Of a stretch of 64,000 nt of DNA, positions 9,394 through 19,354 are shown piece by piece. Position 1 is the first letter of the stretch. Every line of letters starts with the position of its first letter. Origin of the DNA: an uncultured virus (IMG/VR IMGVR_UViG_2937164673_000001) (taxonomy: Duplodnaviria > Heunggongvirae > Uroviricota > Caudoviricetes); the IMG/VR virus record IMGVR_UViG_2937164673_000001; one strand, 5' to 3'. The notes beneath the pieces are model-generated. The model saw nothing but the letters and a program-made list of their open reading frames with translations, ran no database searches and had not been told where the DNA came from. A program made the position numbers and the translations under genes.

Positions 9394-10494
9394 TTAGTAA
9401 CCTAGCTTATACATTGGGATTACAGGCTTTCTTTTTGCCTTTTCTGCACTACGACGTTTGATATCCTGTATACGAGCGTAGAGTTCTGGATTGTTTTGAC
9501 GAATTTCTTCTTCGTCTTTTGCAACCATAGCATTTACTTCTTCTTTGGACATAAAGTGTTTTGCTGGTTTCTTCTTACGGCTAGTAAACGTGTTTTTTAC
9601 GTTATCGTTGTAAAAGTTAATCATATCTTGGGCACACTTGTCCCCTCGTTTAAGAGCATTGGTAATGGCAGCTTTGATATATGCGATAGCATTAGTAACC
9701 TTATGACCTTTGCTGCTTGTAATTACGTAGTTAACCATGTCTTCGTTAGATTGACTGATTAGAGAATGTAATTCAATAGCCATAGGCTTTGTAATAAAGC
9801 CGAATACATCAACAAATGAGCTCTTTATCTTTTCTGGTAAAGAGTGATATGGATTTTTATTTAATTGACTGGGTTGAATTTCATTTTCTTCACGCGCGTG
9901 CGCGTTATCATCCAAACCATTATTATTTAAAAATACATGAGATAAACTAGAGTGAGATAAACTAGTATTCCCTTTTTGGTCGCACGTGTATTCCTGTTGG
10001 GACTTCACGGTCATATCAATGGTTTGAGAAGATAATTTAAGGTTTTTGCAGAATTCAATTTTAGATAAAATAGTCCAATCAGAAGTTACTTTTTGCACTG
10101 TGATGGTATGATTTTTCCATGGCAAAAGAAGCTCGACATTACTTGGTGTTTGTTGAACTGGGTAAACATAGATTTTGTAACCCTTAAGTCCTTCACGGAC
10201 AATCTTAATTAAATTCTCCGATTCTAATTGCTTACGAAATTTACTAATCATTTTGGCTGTTGTGTGAAGTACCTTAGCAGCTAATTCATTAGTAAAACGA
10301 ATAAAGACTCCCATGTCATCAACGAATGCAGTATTCCCTAAACGAGCGTTATTCATTGATGCAGAATAGCGGTCAGCGTAAAGAGCGTACAACATCATTG
10401 CACGGGAGTCTAAATTCTTATATTTGGGATTTTCGAGTAAATCTAGGTTGATACCTAGAAATGCTTTTTGGTTATTCATTGTAATTGGCCTCAT
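9394..10494 (-). CDS. repA: RepA_N-family plasmid replication initiator
   Basis: N-terminal RepA_N pattern (LLENPKYKNLDSRAMMLYALYADR...FVDDMGVFIRFTNELA); DnaD-like C-terminal AYIKAAITN; internal direct repeat TGAGATAAACTAG x2 near 9938-9965. Confidence 0.8.
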   Translation of the reverse strand: MRPITMNNQKAFLGINLDLLENPKYKNLDSRAMMLYALYADRYSASMNNARLGNTAFVDDMGVFIRFTNELAAKVLHTTAKMISKFRKQLESENLIKIVREGLKGYKIYVYPVQQTPSNVELLLPWKNHTITVQKVTSDWTILSKIEFCKNLKLSSQTIDMTVKSQQEYTCDQKGNTSLSHSSLSHVFLNNNGLDDNAHAREENEIQPSQLNKNPYHSLPEKIKSSFVDVFGFITKPMAIELHSLISQSNEDMVNYVITSSKGHKVTNAIAYIKAAITNALKRGDKCAQDMINFYNDNVKNTFTSRKKKPAKHFMSKEEVNAMVAKDEEEIRQNNPELYARIQDIKRRSAEKAKRKPVIPMYKLGY

Positions 10495-10574
10495 TTCATA
10501 ATAATTTTTGAAATTGAGTACACCAAATAAGCCGAAAAGCCTTGAAATCTTTAGAGTATGAGTTATAATAGATA

Positions 10575-10700
10575 CATAAACATTAAACCGAACACACTAT
10601 TAATGCCTAAATTTCACTATTAATTTGGTTTAATTCATAATCTAAATGCTTATTTGGAAGAACTAATCAACTGCCTAATTTCGATTAGTTCTTTTTTTTT
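10575..10700 (+). ncRNA. Candidate antisense copy-control RNA to the repA leader
   Basis: TTGAAA-16-TATAAT at 10542-10569; terminator AAGAACTAATC/GATTAGTTCTT plus T run at 10658-10700; no ORF. Confidence 0.5.
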
Positions 10701-11274
10701 GTACTCTTTATTCAGTTGTAATAGCTATCAAAGGGTGCCTAGTCCTTCTCAAACTTGGTTCGCTTAAAATACCACAATGCGTGGTATGTAATATAAGATA
10801 CCATACCCAGATTTAAATAGCAATATCATAATAATGCTCAATATATTTTGCGTGGTTCCTACAACAACCACTTTTAAAGAACGCTATCTCGTAGATACAT
10901 ATTTTGATAGTGGTTTATTTTCGGGTAGGTATAAAATTGTTTTGTGTTATAGGGGTTAATCATAATAACTAGATGTTTGGCTAAATATTTAGATTAACTT
11001 ACGGTTTAAAGATACAACAATGCGTTAAAAATGTAAACGATTATTTTTCTTGTTGTTAACCGTAGATAGATTAATTATTATATTTTGCATTAAATGTATA
11101 GCAAATAATGCAAAGAATATCAGAATTATAAATAATGCTAATAATGCAGTGGTAGAAATATAAAAAAGCCTTAACAGCAAGCTTTGTTTAGGATATAATA
11201 TTTGTATACATGTAATGCAAAAAATGCAATTAATACTAATATTACTAAAAATAAAAAGGAAATGAGGGAGACGA

Positions 11275-12222
11275 ATGCCCGTTCTAGTTTATGCAAATTT
11301 TAAAGGTGGCGTTGGTAAGACAACTAATTCTGTCATGACGGCATATCAATTAGCAAAGAATGGTTACAAAACTTTAGTGTGTGATTTAGATCCACAATCA
11401 AATGCCACGCATTTATTAACACGAACATACGCGCGTCAAAATAATCAAAGTGAAAAAGAGTTTGTTAAAGAACTTAATAAGAAATCTAAAGATAAACTTT
11501 CAAAGACAGATATAGATAAAAAAGTTAAGGAGGTTTTTAAGAAAAGAGAAAGGAAACAGCTTCGAATAAAAGAAACAATGATGCTGGCTCTTAGCGAAGG
11601 AGATATAGAGAACGCTATTGTTAAAGTGATGGATAATTTATATTTGCTTCCTTCTTCTGACGACTTTACAGAATACCCCGATTTTTTGGAAATGACATTT
11701 ATGCCCAATGAAGAAAACTATAAAGAAAAAAGAATTTCCTACTTTGCAAAACAATTAGATAAAGTCAAAGAAAATTATGATTTTGTTATTGTAGATGTTC
11801 CACCGACTCTATCAGTTTTTACTGATTCCGCAGTTTATGCAGCAGATGATATTATTATTGTTTTACAAACACAACAAGATTCCCTAGATGGCGCTGAGGC
11901 ATTTTTCGTGTACTTACAAAAAATGTTTAATAACTACCCATCTATTAGTTTCAATATTCTTGGAGTGCTTCCTGTTCTACTTGAAAATAGAGCAGGATTG
12001 GATACGCAAATTTTGAAAGACGCGAAAGAGTCATTTGGTAAAGATGGAGTCTTTAAGAACATAATTAAACATATGGAGCGTCTTAAGCGATTTGGTCGTA
12101 TGGGAATAGCCGATAAAGATGCCGAATATGGGAAGGGAGATTTCCACGATATAAAAGTACACTATGTTTACAATCGACTAACAGATGAAATACTAGAACG
12201 GCTAAAGAAATTGGAGGGATAA
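11275..12222 (+). CDS. parA: ParA/Soj-family partition ATPase
   Basis: KGGVGKTT deviant Walker A, DLDPQSNAT, VDVPP. Confidence 0.95.
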   Translation: MPVLVYANFKGGVGKTTNSVMTAYQLAKNGYKTLVCDLDPQSNATHLLTRTYARQNNQSEKEFVKELNKKSKDKLSKTDIDKKVKEVFKKRERKQLRIKETMMLALSEGDIENAIVKVMDNLYLLPSSDDFTEYPDFLEMTFMPNEENYKEKRISYFAKQLDKVKENYDFVIVDVPPTLSVFTDSAVYAADDIIIVLQTQQDSLDGAEAFFVYLQKMFNNYPSISFNILGVLPVLLENRAGLDTQILKDAKESFGKDGVFKNIIKHMERLKRFGRMGIADKDAEYGKGDFHDIKVHYVYNRLTDEILERLKKLEG

Positions 12223-12225
12223 ACT

Positions 12226-12636
12226 TTGTCTGATCTGTTTACCCAATTTAATAAGGAAAACAAGAATAGAAGAGAACAAAAAACAGCCCCAAGCGTAGAA
12301 GAAACAAAACCCTCAACTCCGGAGAAAAGATATGATGCTTCTATTCATCAAAAAAAGACTACCGAAAAGAAACCGGAAGTTAAAAAGAGAGGTAAAGGTA
12401 GACCAAGAAAAAATAAGTCTACTAAGATGATTAGGATTAGCGATCAAGCGGTAGATATAATTAATGCTTATAAACAAGTGGCAAATTGTGAATCACAGGA
12501 TGATGCTATTATTGATATATTTAGAAAATATATAGAGAGTGGCGCAATGAGTGATAGTGATGAAAAAGTATTTAGATTACTTCTCGAACTTAAAAAAGTA
12601 GATAGTTTGATATACGATAAAGAAGAATTGAATTAA
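12226..12636 (+). CDS. Putative centromere-binding adaptor (type Ib par)
   Basis: Immediately downstream of parA; disordered N terminus, GRPRK AT-hook, RHH-like KMIRIS strand. Confidence 0.6.
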   Translation: MSDLFTQFNKENKNRREQKTAPSVEETKPSTPEKRYDASIHQKKTTEKKPEVKKRGKGRPRKNKSTKMIRISDQAVDIINAYKQVANCESQDDAIIDIFRKYIESGAMSDSDEKVFRLLLELKKVDSLIYDKEELN

Positions 12637-13055
12637 TAAAAAGAACACTTTCGTCATAAAGATGATAGAGAGTGTTCTTTTTATTTGCATTAAATGTCTC
12701 ACATAGATTATTTGCAATATATGAATTATGAAGACGATAAATAATACTAGCATTATTTATAATGCAAAAAATATTGAAAATGTGAAAAACAATGGTATAA
12801 TTATTTTGTATTAAAAGCAATATTAGTATTATTTGCTATACATTTAATGCTAGTTAAATATGCATTACTTGCAATATAAAGAATATTTGCATTAAAAGAG
12901 AGTGGGATTAACGAATAGTAAATTTGTTAAGTATCTTAAAGACTAGCTCAAGTTGGTAAATAATATCATAGAAAAACTTAAAATATCATATTTGATTGTT
13001 CCTACATAATATAAAGTATGATATAATATGATTATGTTATAAATCGGAGGTAGAA

Positions 13056-14270
13056 ATGATGGTTGAGAAGATTATGAAAGTTGCAAATGATTTGGGGTAT
13101 GGTTCTGTTAAAGCAAATGTTGATGGTGAGAATGTTAAGTTTCCGTCAGTTATAGCAGCGGAACGTCCACAAGATGTACAAGCTCCTATGGAATTTGATT
13201 CTAAACAAGATCAAGATACATATATGAAGAACTTCCTTAATAGTATGGATGTTAGTGTGTCAAGTAATGCAGTAAAAACTTCTGGAAGATTTTTAATTGG
13301 TAATGCTGCCATCGACAGTGGTCTATCTATGAGGGCTTTTGATGTTAATGACTTTACTGGCAAATCAGAAACAGATTTAGCAATTATTCTTACTTTAAGC
13401 TTGATAGCTGGAAAGAAAGTAAAAGAAGCATATGAAGCTGGACAAGACTTAAAGGAGACTCTAAAGGTAAAAGTTAATATGGCAACTGCGTTACCTATTT
13501 CAGAAGGTAAGGTAAATAATGCAAAAGATCGTTACAAAGAACGTTACATGGGTAGTACTCATACAGTAACTTTCCATAATTTCAAGGATCCGATTAATGT
13601 AACTATCGAATTTAATAAGGTATATGTTGCATTAGAAGGTGAAACAGCCCAAATGCTTATTTCCTCCGATTATGATGGATTAACAGATAAAATTAAGGAA
13701 GACTTTGATAAGAACTATTCAGAAATGAAGGATGAAGTTGAAGCTGACGACCTTATTAATTCACGAAATGTACTTGGTATTGATATCGGAGAAGGGACTA
13801 CTGATGTAGTAGCAATCATTAACGGTAAAGCTAATCCAGCAGCCTCAGCTTCCTTACCACAAGGCTATGGGAATGTATTACAGGATGCAGTACGTGTTCT
13901 TCAAGATCAACAAATGAACTTTGAAGAGCGTTCACAATTACAGAGTTTCTTATCTGAAAAGGTCAGTCCATTGCGTCGAGCTCGCCAAGATAAAGTACGT
14001 CAAGTAGTTTATGACCAATTAGAACCATTAGCTGACAAAATCATCGATACAGTTAGTCAAACAATGCGTATTGCTAAGGATACTGAGCTTGTTTATGTTT
14101 ATGGCGGAGGTTCTATTCCAATGTTGGATGAAAGTAATCTTCGTGAAGTGTTAAATGAAAAACTCAAGAGCTTCAGTGGTGGATATGATGTTCCAGTAAT
14201 TTGGATTGATAAAGAATATGCACAATATTTAAACGAATTAGGATTGCAAGTAATTGTTGAAGCCTTATAG
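13056..14270 (+). CDS. parM: Actin-like partition ATPase (ParM/Alp7A-like)
   Basis: DLGYGSVK phosphate-1, GIDIGEGTTD phosphate-2, VYGGGS adenosine motif. Confidence 0.9.
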   Translation: MMVEKIMKVANDLGYGSVKANVDGENVKFPSVIAAERPQDVQAPMEFDSKQDQDTYMKNFLNSMDVSVSSNAVKTSGRFLIGNAAIDSGLSMRAFDVNDFTGKSETDLAIILTLSLIAGKKVKEAYEAGQDLKETLKVKVNMATALPISEGKVNNAKDRYKERYMGSTHTVTFHNFKDPINVTIEFNKVYVALEGETAQMLISSDYDGLTDKIKEDFDKNYSEMKDEVEADDLINSRNVLGIDIGEGTTDVVAIINGKANPAASASLPQGYGNVLQDAVRVLQDQQMNFEERSQLQSFLSEKVSPLRRARQDKVRQVVYDQLEPLADKIIDTVSQTMRIAKDTELVYVYGGGSIPMLDESNLREVLNEKLKSFSGGYDVPVIWIDKEYAQYLNELGLQVIVEAL

Positions 14271-14284
14271 AGAGTGTGATTTTT

Positions 14285-14665
14285 ATGGCGAAAATGATTA
14301 GAAAAACTATCCTTATTCCTGAGGATTCAAAAGTTGCAAAATGGGCTAAAAATCAGTCGCAATTTTCTCCAGCTGCCATTAGAGCATTAGAAATGGTAGT
14401 TAGAAAATATGGAACTGGTGATCTTATCCAAGCTATTTTAGATAGTGCAAGCTTAGATGGACAGTTAGGTACAATTAACTCAGTTTCAAAACTAGAAGAA
14501 AAGACGTCGGTAGAAAAGAATGTTGATGTCGATGTTGCAGAAAAGCCCAAGCGCAAATTAAGGACAAGAATTGGAAATAAGAAAAACGATAATGATTCTA
14601 AAACTGATGATAGTTCTTTAAGTTCTAAATTGAAAAACAGGCCTAATTTGGATATGTTATCGTAA
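14285..14665 (+). CDS. ParR/Alp7R-like adaptor
   Basis: Downstream of parM; WAKNQSQFSPAAIRALEMVVRKYGTGD RHH-like N terminus and low-complexity tail. Confidence 0.7.
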   Translation: MAKMIRKTILIPEDSKVAKWAKNQSQFSPAAIRALEMVVRKYGTGDLIQAILDSASLDGQLGTINSVSKLEEKTSVEKNVDVDVAEKPKRKLRTRIGNKKNDNDSKTDDSSLSSKLKNRPNLDMLS

Positions 14666-14773
14666 TACTTAATCTGATTATGTGTGATTTAATTAGAACT
14701 TAGACATATAAAGTAATATAAAATACGAAAAGCCACAGCAACAGATAAACTACTTGCTGTGGCTTTTATTTTT

Positions 14774-14876
14774 AAACAAAAAAGAGCACCTATCAGGGTG
14801 CCCTACATTATACGAATACGGTTTAAGTAGTCAACTGAAACCAATGAATATTAGGTATATCTTTCTTATCTTGATA
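14774..14876 (-). ncRNA. sRNA array unit 1 (candidate orphan antitoxin)
   Basis: TGTTAAGAT extended -10 at 14890-14882; conserved stem-loop; GC hairpin plus U-tract terminator. Confidence 0.7.
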
Positions 14877-14896
14877 CTCATATCTTAACACGAATT

Positions 14897-14996
14897 AAAA
14901 CAAAAAAGGATACCTTTTCAGGTACCCCACGTTAAACCGGTACGGATCAAGTAACGAACTGAATCCAATTTGCGTGCCGATACTCTAGTATTGGTA
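14897..14996 (-). ncRNA. sRNA array unit 2 (candidate orphan antitoxin)
   Basis: TGTTATAAT at 15010-15002; same scaffold and terminator. Confidence 0.7.
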
Positions 14997-15016
14997 TATA
15001 AATTATAACATGAATT

Positions 15017-15116
15017 AAAACAAAAAAGGATGCCGATTAAGGCACCCTGCTTACCGGTACGGTCTAAGTAAACAACTGAGACCATTTTGCACTCGGTTTA
15101 TTTCTTTGTTTTAACA
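15017..15116 (-). ncRNA. sRNA array unit 3 (candidate orphan antitoxin)
   Basis: TGTTATAAT at 15130-15122; same scaffold and terminator. Confidence 0.7.
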
Positions 15117-15135
15117 AGTATATTATAACACATTT

Positions 15136-15233
15136 AAAAACAAAAAAAAGAGTACCTTTTCAGGTACCCCGCCGGCTCAGATATAAGGAGCTACCTTATA
15201 TCTAATTTGCACACCGACCTTATTGTCATTATG
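15136..15233 (-). ncRNA. sRNA array unit 4 (candidate cognate antitoxin of 15328-15450)
   Basis: TGATATAAT at 15247-15239; perfect 15-nt and 11-nt complementarity to the divergent mRNA. Confidence 0.75.
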
Positions 15234-15327
15234 TCTATATTATATCACACAATACATATGATACAATATCCTTGCACACCGAATGGGTAGCTCCCGTTTA
15301 ATCTGTGCAAGCTGGGAGGTGTCTCCC

Positions 15328-15450
15328 ATGGGACATTGGTTCCTTATTGTCATTATCGTGCCTAATGGGCTCGTTAAGCAACTGATGCATTGTGTAAAGG
15401 TTGCAATTAAAAAGGCTCTCAAGCACCTAACTGATGAATTACTTGGTTAA
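15328..15450 (+). CDS. 40-aa type I toxin-like peptide
   Basis: MGHWFLIVIIVPNGLVKQLMHCVKVAIKKALKHLTDELLG; SD GGGAGGT can be sequestered by TCTCCC; TGATACAAT promoter at 15259-15267. Confidence 0.65.
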   Translation: MGHWFLIVIIVPNGLVKQLMHCVKVAIKKALKHLTDELLG

Positions 15451-16655
15451 TTCTGAAAGGAGGTGGGCGAGATGTTATTTCAGCGGTGGTAATTATTTAC
15501 TGTCGCTGTTTTTTGTTTAAAGGACTTGTATAATATCTGTTTCGATAATTTAACTACATAATTGTTATCCATAAACAATCAAAACGAACAATGAATAATG
15601 GGGTTAAAAGCTTATTTTGATAAATTAATGTACTTTTGACTTACGACTCGTTAAGCCTATTCCACGTTGATATTTGGCTGCTTTTGAAGAGAAAAATCAA
15701 GAAAAAATAATTACATAAAAATGAAACAGCATTTTTTGATGACTTCACAAGCGGTAATAAAAATAGTAAGGGAGGATAGAAGATTTTTCCCTATTATAAT
15801 GGGTAAATAGCAGTGAAAGTATGGAAAATTGTTTACGTGAAAATAATGAACCAATACGAAATATATAATTATAGGTTATTAGAGTAAAAATACCCCGCAC
15901 CCTTTTTTAGTTTGTGAAATTTTCTAAAATTGAATGCTTGAAAATTCCTATATTATCGAAGATGTACTAATAAATGTCTCAAGTGAATAATAATTATAAA
16001 AAAGTACTACTAGATCCTATTAAATAGGATTTGGTATTAGTTCATTTTGGGGTAAAAAAATCAGCGATTTGAGTAAAAATATCAAAATGAAAAATAGGGA
16101 GTTTCGATAAGGTTAGTTACATGAGTAATAAGGTGCGAAATATTAGGATTGAGGAATTTTTAGTTTTGTGCAGTAAGGTAGATTGTTTCATAAATAAGTT
16201 AGGTACGCATAAAACGATGTTTTCATAACAATTTTTACTCATATTTTGGTCAGTTAGAATTGAATTCTTGAATTAGTGAAGGAAAATTCACAAAGTATAA
16301 TTAAATTCGGTATTATTGTCTATCTAGGAGACGAAAGTTTGTGAATCGAAGAATTGCTCATAGAGAGTTTCGAAGATTCTATTGGTTGCAAATTAGAGTG
16401 GCTTTGAGGGATTTTATGAAAATAATTGCTATGAAAGCGAGAGGGGTATTTTCTTTGTTTCAAAAAATGGCTATTTTGGGTGCGTAATATTTTCATAAAT
16501 TAGAATAATTGGGTATATAGTACGCAGAACATAAATATAAAAATGTACTACAAAACGATATATGTATCTATTTGCTGATAATACTTGATAAAGAACATTC
16601 GTTCGTGTATTATAACAAGGGAACATACGTTTAATCTAAGAATGGGGAAACAACA

Positions 16656-16982
16656 GTGGAGATTATTAAGCTAGATACTATAATTAAGGAACTGTGGGAT
16701 ATATCCAGTTTAGAAAATAGAGAAGATAATATTATTTGGACTGCATATTATATATTTGAGAATAAATATATGAATGATGGTTATGATGAACAGTATTACT
16801 ATTGGATGAGATTGATGCAGCGATTATTAAAGTGTCCAGATGATCTATATGAAGGATATGTATTATATGTAATTGGTAGTATTGATGAGGGCTATTTGAG
16901 TAAATATAGGGAGTATATTGCTAATTTGGATGATGATATCAGGGCTGGCTTGGAAGAATATATTAATAATGAGATGAATTAG
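16656..16982 (+). CDS. Hypothetical protein
   Basis: 108-aa ORF with GGGG RBS, upstream -10 and downstream hairpin. Confidence 0.6.
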   Translation: MEIIKLDTIIKELWDISSLENREDNIIWTAYYIFENKYMNDGYDEQYYYWMRLMQRLLKCPDDLYEGYVLYVIGSIDEGYLSKYREYIANLDDDIRAGLEEYINNEMN

Positions 16983-17459
16983 AGTCTAGGGTAATTCCTA
17001 GGCTCTTTATTTATATTTGAATGGGGAAGGGTGAGAGGAAGGGATATGGTATTGTGGTGAAATATTATGAAAGATATTTTCATAGTTTTGAAAAGGGTAA
17101 ATTTGGGAGTAATTTATTGGGGTATTTGAGGGGTAATAGGGTGCGAGAAATGGGGTGAATGGAGAAAATTTTGTGGTGTGTGAGTGAAGCAACTACCCTA
17201 AAATTCCCCCTAAAAATTAAGGCGTTTTGAGTAAAATAACCCCCGCCTATTTGCAAATTTTACACACAATAATAGTTGTTATCATGTGTAAACGGTTACA
17301 ATAATATTTTAATATAGAAAAAGGAAGCCCCTATCTTTTGATAAGGGCGATTATTATTTATAGGGGGTTACAGTTGTAAACTTAATATATTTATTTCAGT
17401 TGAGAGGTAGGGTGCTTTTTCACTAATTTAAATATATCGAATTTGGTATATAGTAATCA

Positions 17460-18140
17460 GCTATCACACAACCTAACACACTTCACACTCAATAACACCC
17501 ATCCACACCCCCAACCTAACACCGTTTACCCAATAAAACACACTACACACCGACCAACCAAACTAATTAATCACACAACCTAACACACCATACCACTCAC
17601 CAAACAAACACACCGCCCAATAAATTCAATCACTTAATAACTCAATCCACACCCCCTAATATAATAAATAACCGTTTACCTAACTAACATACATATAAAC
17701 CAAACTTACTCACTCAATACATACATATACATATCAATACTATACTACTCACTTACTACATCATTACAATAACATATAAAAACATTATCATATATCAAGC
17801 GTACTAATCACACTACACCCATACACTATACTCTCAGCCTTGACAATCTAACATTTACAAACGTAAATCAGTTACTCACTCACTACATTATATACATTAG
17901 TACACTATCACATTACTTCACTACACTATATACATCACTATGTAACGCTACTCACTCACTAACCTATATACATCTATACATGGACACGCATAACACTACA
18001 CTGTATCACTATCATAACAACACTACGCACATTACTATATACACATCACTGTACTACCTATACACTGCTATACTATATACATCACTATGTGAGCGTTACC
18101 ATATGACTGCAATACAAAAGGGCAACACGCTAAACACTAA
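17460..18140. repeat. G-poor, A/C-rich low-complexity tract with degenerate repeats
   Basis: Plus strand nearly G-free; ATCACACAACCTAACACAC at 17463 and 17570; ACTATATACATCACTATGT twice. Confidence 0.8.
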
Positions 18141-18144
18141 CGCA

Positions 18145-18372
18145 TTACCCTATATCATTATCTTTATTTTTTAATTCCAGTAATTTATTATCAATCAAAT
18201 TTTTTAAGAAAATTAAATCTTCTTCAGTAGATTTTTTATTTATAAAGTTTACCGCCTTACTTTTATATTGATAATAATTTACTTTATCTTTATTTTTAGA
18301 TTCCCACTTTTTAACGCTATTTATTGCGCTTTCTTTTCGTTGTTTGTCTGTTAATTTTCTGGGCTTTGGCAC
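18145..18372 (-). CDS. Small basic protein, paralog of 20022-20252
   Basis: KKWESKNKDKVNYYQYKSKAVNFI versus KNYEKANPDKAYYWKRKSEAGGFI. Confidence 0.7.
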   Translation of the reverse strand: MPKPRKLTDKQRKESAINSVKKWESKNKDKVNYYQYKSKAVNFINKKSTEEDLIFLKNLIDNKLLELKNKDNDIG

Positions 18373-18379
18373 TTAATTA

Positions 18380-18481
18380 TTACCCCTTTAATTTTTTAAT
18401 AAACTTTCTAAAATTGAGAACACTCAACACAACTAAAAAAATACTAACTAATAAAACTAAACTATTTATAATAATTTGCAT
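18380..18481 (-). CDS. 33-aa hydrophobic peptide
   Basis: MQIIINSLVLLVSIFLVVLSVLNFRKFIKKLKG with GGGTG RBS. Confidence 0.6.
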   Translation of the reverse strand: MQIIINSLVLLVSIFLVVLSVLNFRKFIKKLKG

Positions 18482-18519
18482 AACTTTACACACCCTTTTT
18501 ATTGTGGTATTATACAATT

Positions 18520-18610
18520 AACAAAAAGGGAACGGCGCCACGTTCCCTCGATATAAGCATTTTAAGCCTTAACGTTTTTTACTTTTACGTTTTGGCTTTT
18601 TCTTATGCAA
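18520..18610 (+). ncRNA. Candidate convergent antitoxin RNA
   Basis: TGGTATTAT promoter near 18505; 5' hairpin GGGAAC/GTTCCC; overlaps the 3' end of the peptide gene 18569-18706. Confidence 0.55.
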
Positions 18611-18706
18611 TTTTTTATAAAACTTTTGTAAATTAAGTAATGCAATACTTAATATATATAAAGCGATTGAAAAATGCATAAAGGCGCTAAGAACGCCATC
18701 AACCAC
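18569..18706 (-). CDS. 45-aa type I toxin-like peptide
   Basis: MVDGVLSAFMHFSIALYILSIALLNLQKFYKKLHKKKPKRKSKKR: hydrophobic helix plus basic tail; AGGGGTG RBS; own promoter near 18790. Confidence 0.65.
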   Translation of the reverse strand: MVDGVLSAFMHFSIALYILSIALLNLQKFYKKLHKKKPKRKSKKR

Positions 18707-19354
18707 GCTTACACCCCTTTTCTACACTATAAGAATAGCCGTAGATGATGCGGGTTGATAAGCTGTTCTAATAGCTTACATATATTATCATAACACATAA
18801 TTATAAATAGTCAACCTATATTTATTTTTTTGTTTGCTAATTTTTCTATTATATTTTTTCTTCCTTATATAGAAATAAAAAGGGGCGTTATTGTATAATA
18901 AAAAAGGAAGTGGTCGCAACACTTCCCAAATATTCATAAATGTAAACTATTTAGATTGCCCCTTGTCTTTATCTGACTTGTGGGCTTTTTCTTATGCAAT
19001 TATTGACTTTCAGAAATAACAATGTTTAAATTATTTTAGCCCCTTAAGGAAAGGGGGTGGGAACATTGCTTTTCTTTATAATAAAAACGCCAAAGCATTA
19101 TAAATTTAAGTTGCACCTTAAATTTAACAGCTTCAGCATTCAACTAATTATAAAGTGGTAATATAATCTCACCACCCTAAAGGTTAACCGACAAGTTAAC
19201 AACCTTTAGGGGCTTTCCTGTATCTATATTATAACAATCTAGTAATATCATATCAACAAATATATAATACCACAATAAAATGTGATATAATGTAATTGTA
19301 ATAAAAATCTCCCTGGGTTGAGCCGTCACACAACAACTCAGGGAAGTGATTACA

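Noticed and set aside
14774..15240. CRISPR array or tracrRNA/sgRNA cassette
   Set aside because: Repeats are divergent, each unit has its own promoter and terminator, and no cas genes are present; complementarity points to the adjacent peptide mRNA. A protein-guided role is not formally excluded
15240..15422. 60-aa minus-strand ORF
   Set aside because: No RBS; the plus-strand 40-aa ORF has a promoter and SD
17980..18174. H/T/Y-rich ORF
   Set aside because: By-product of the A/C-rich low-complexity tract; no RBS
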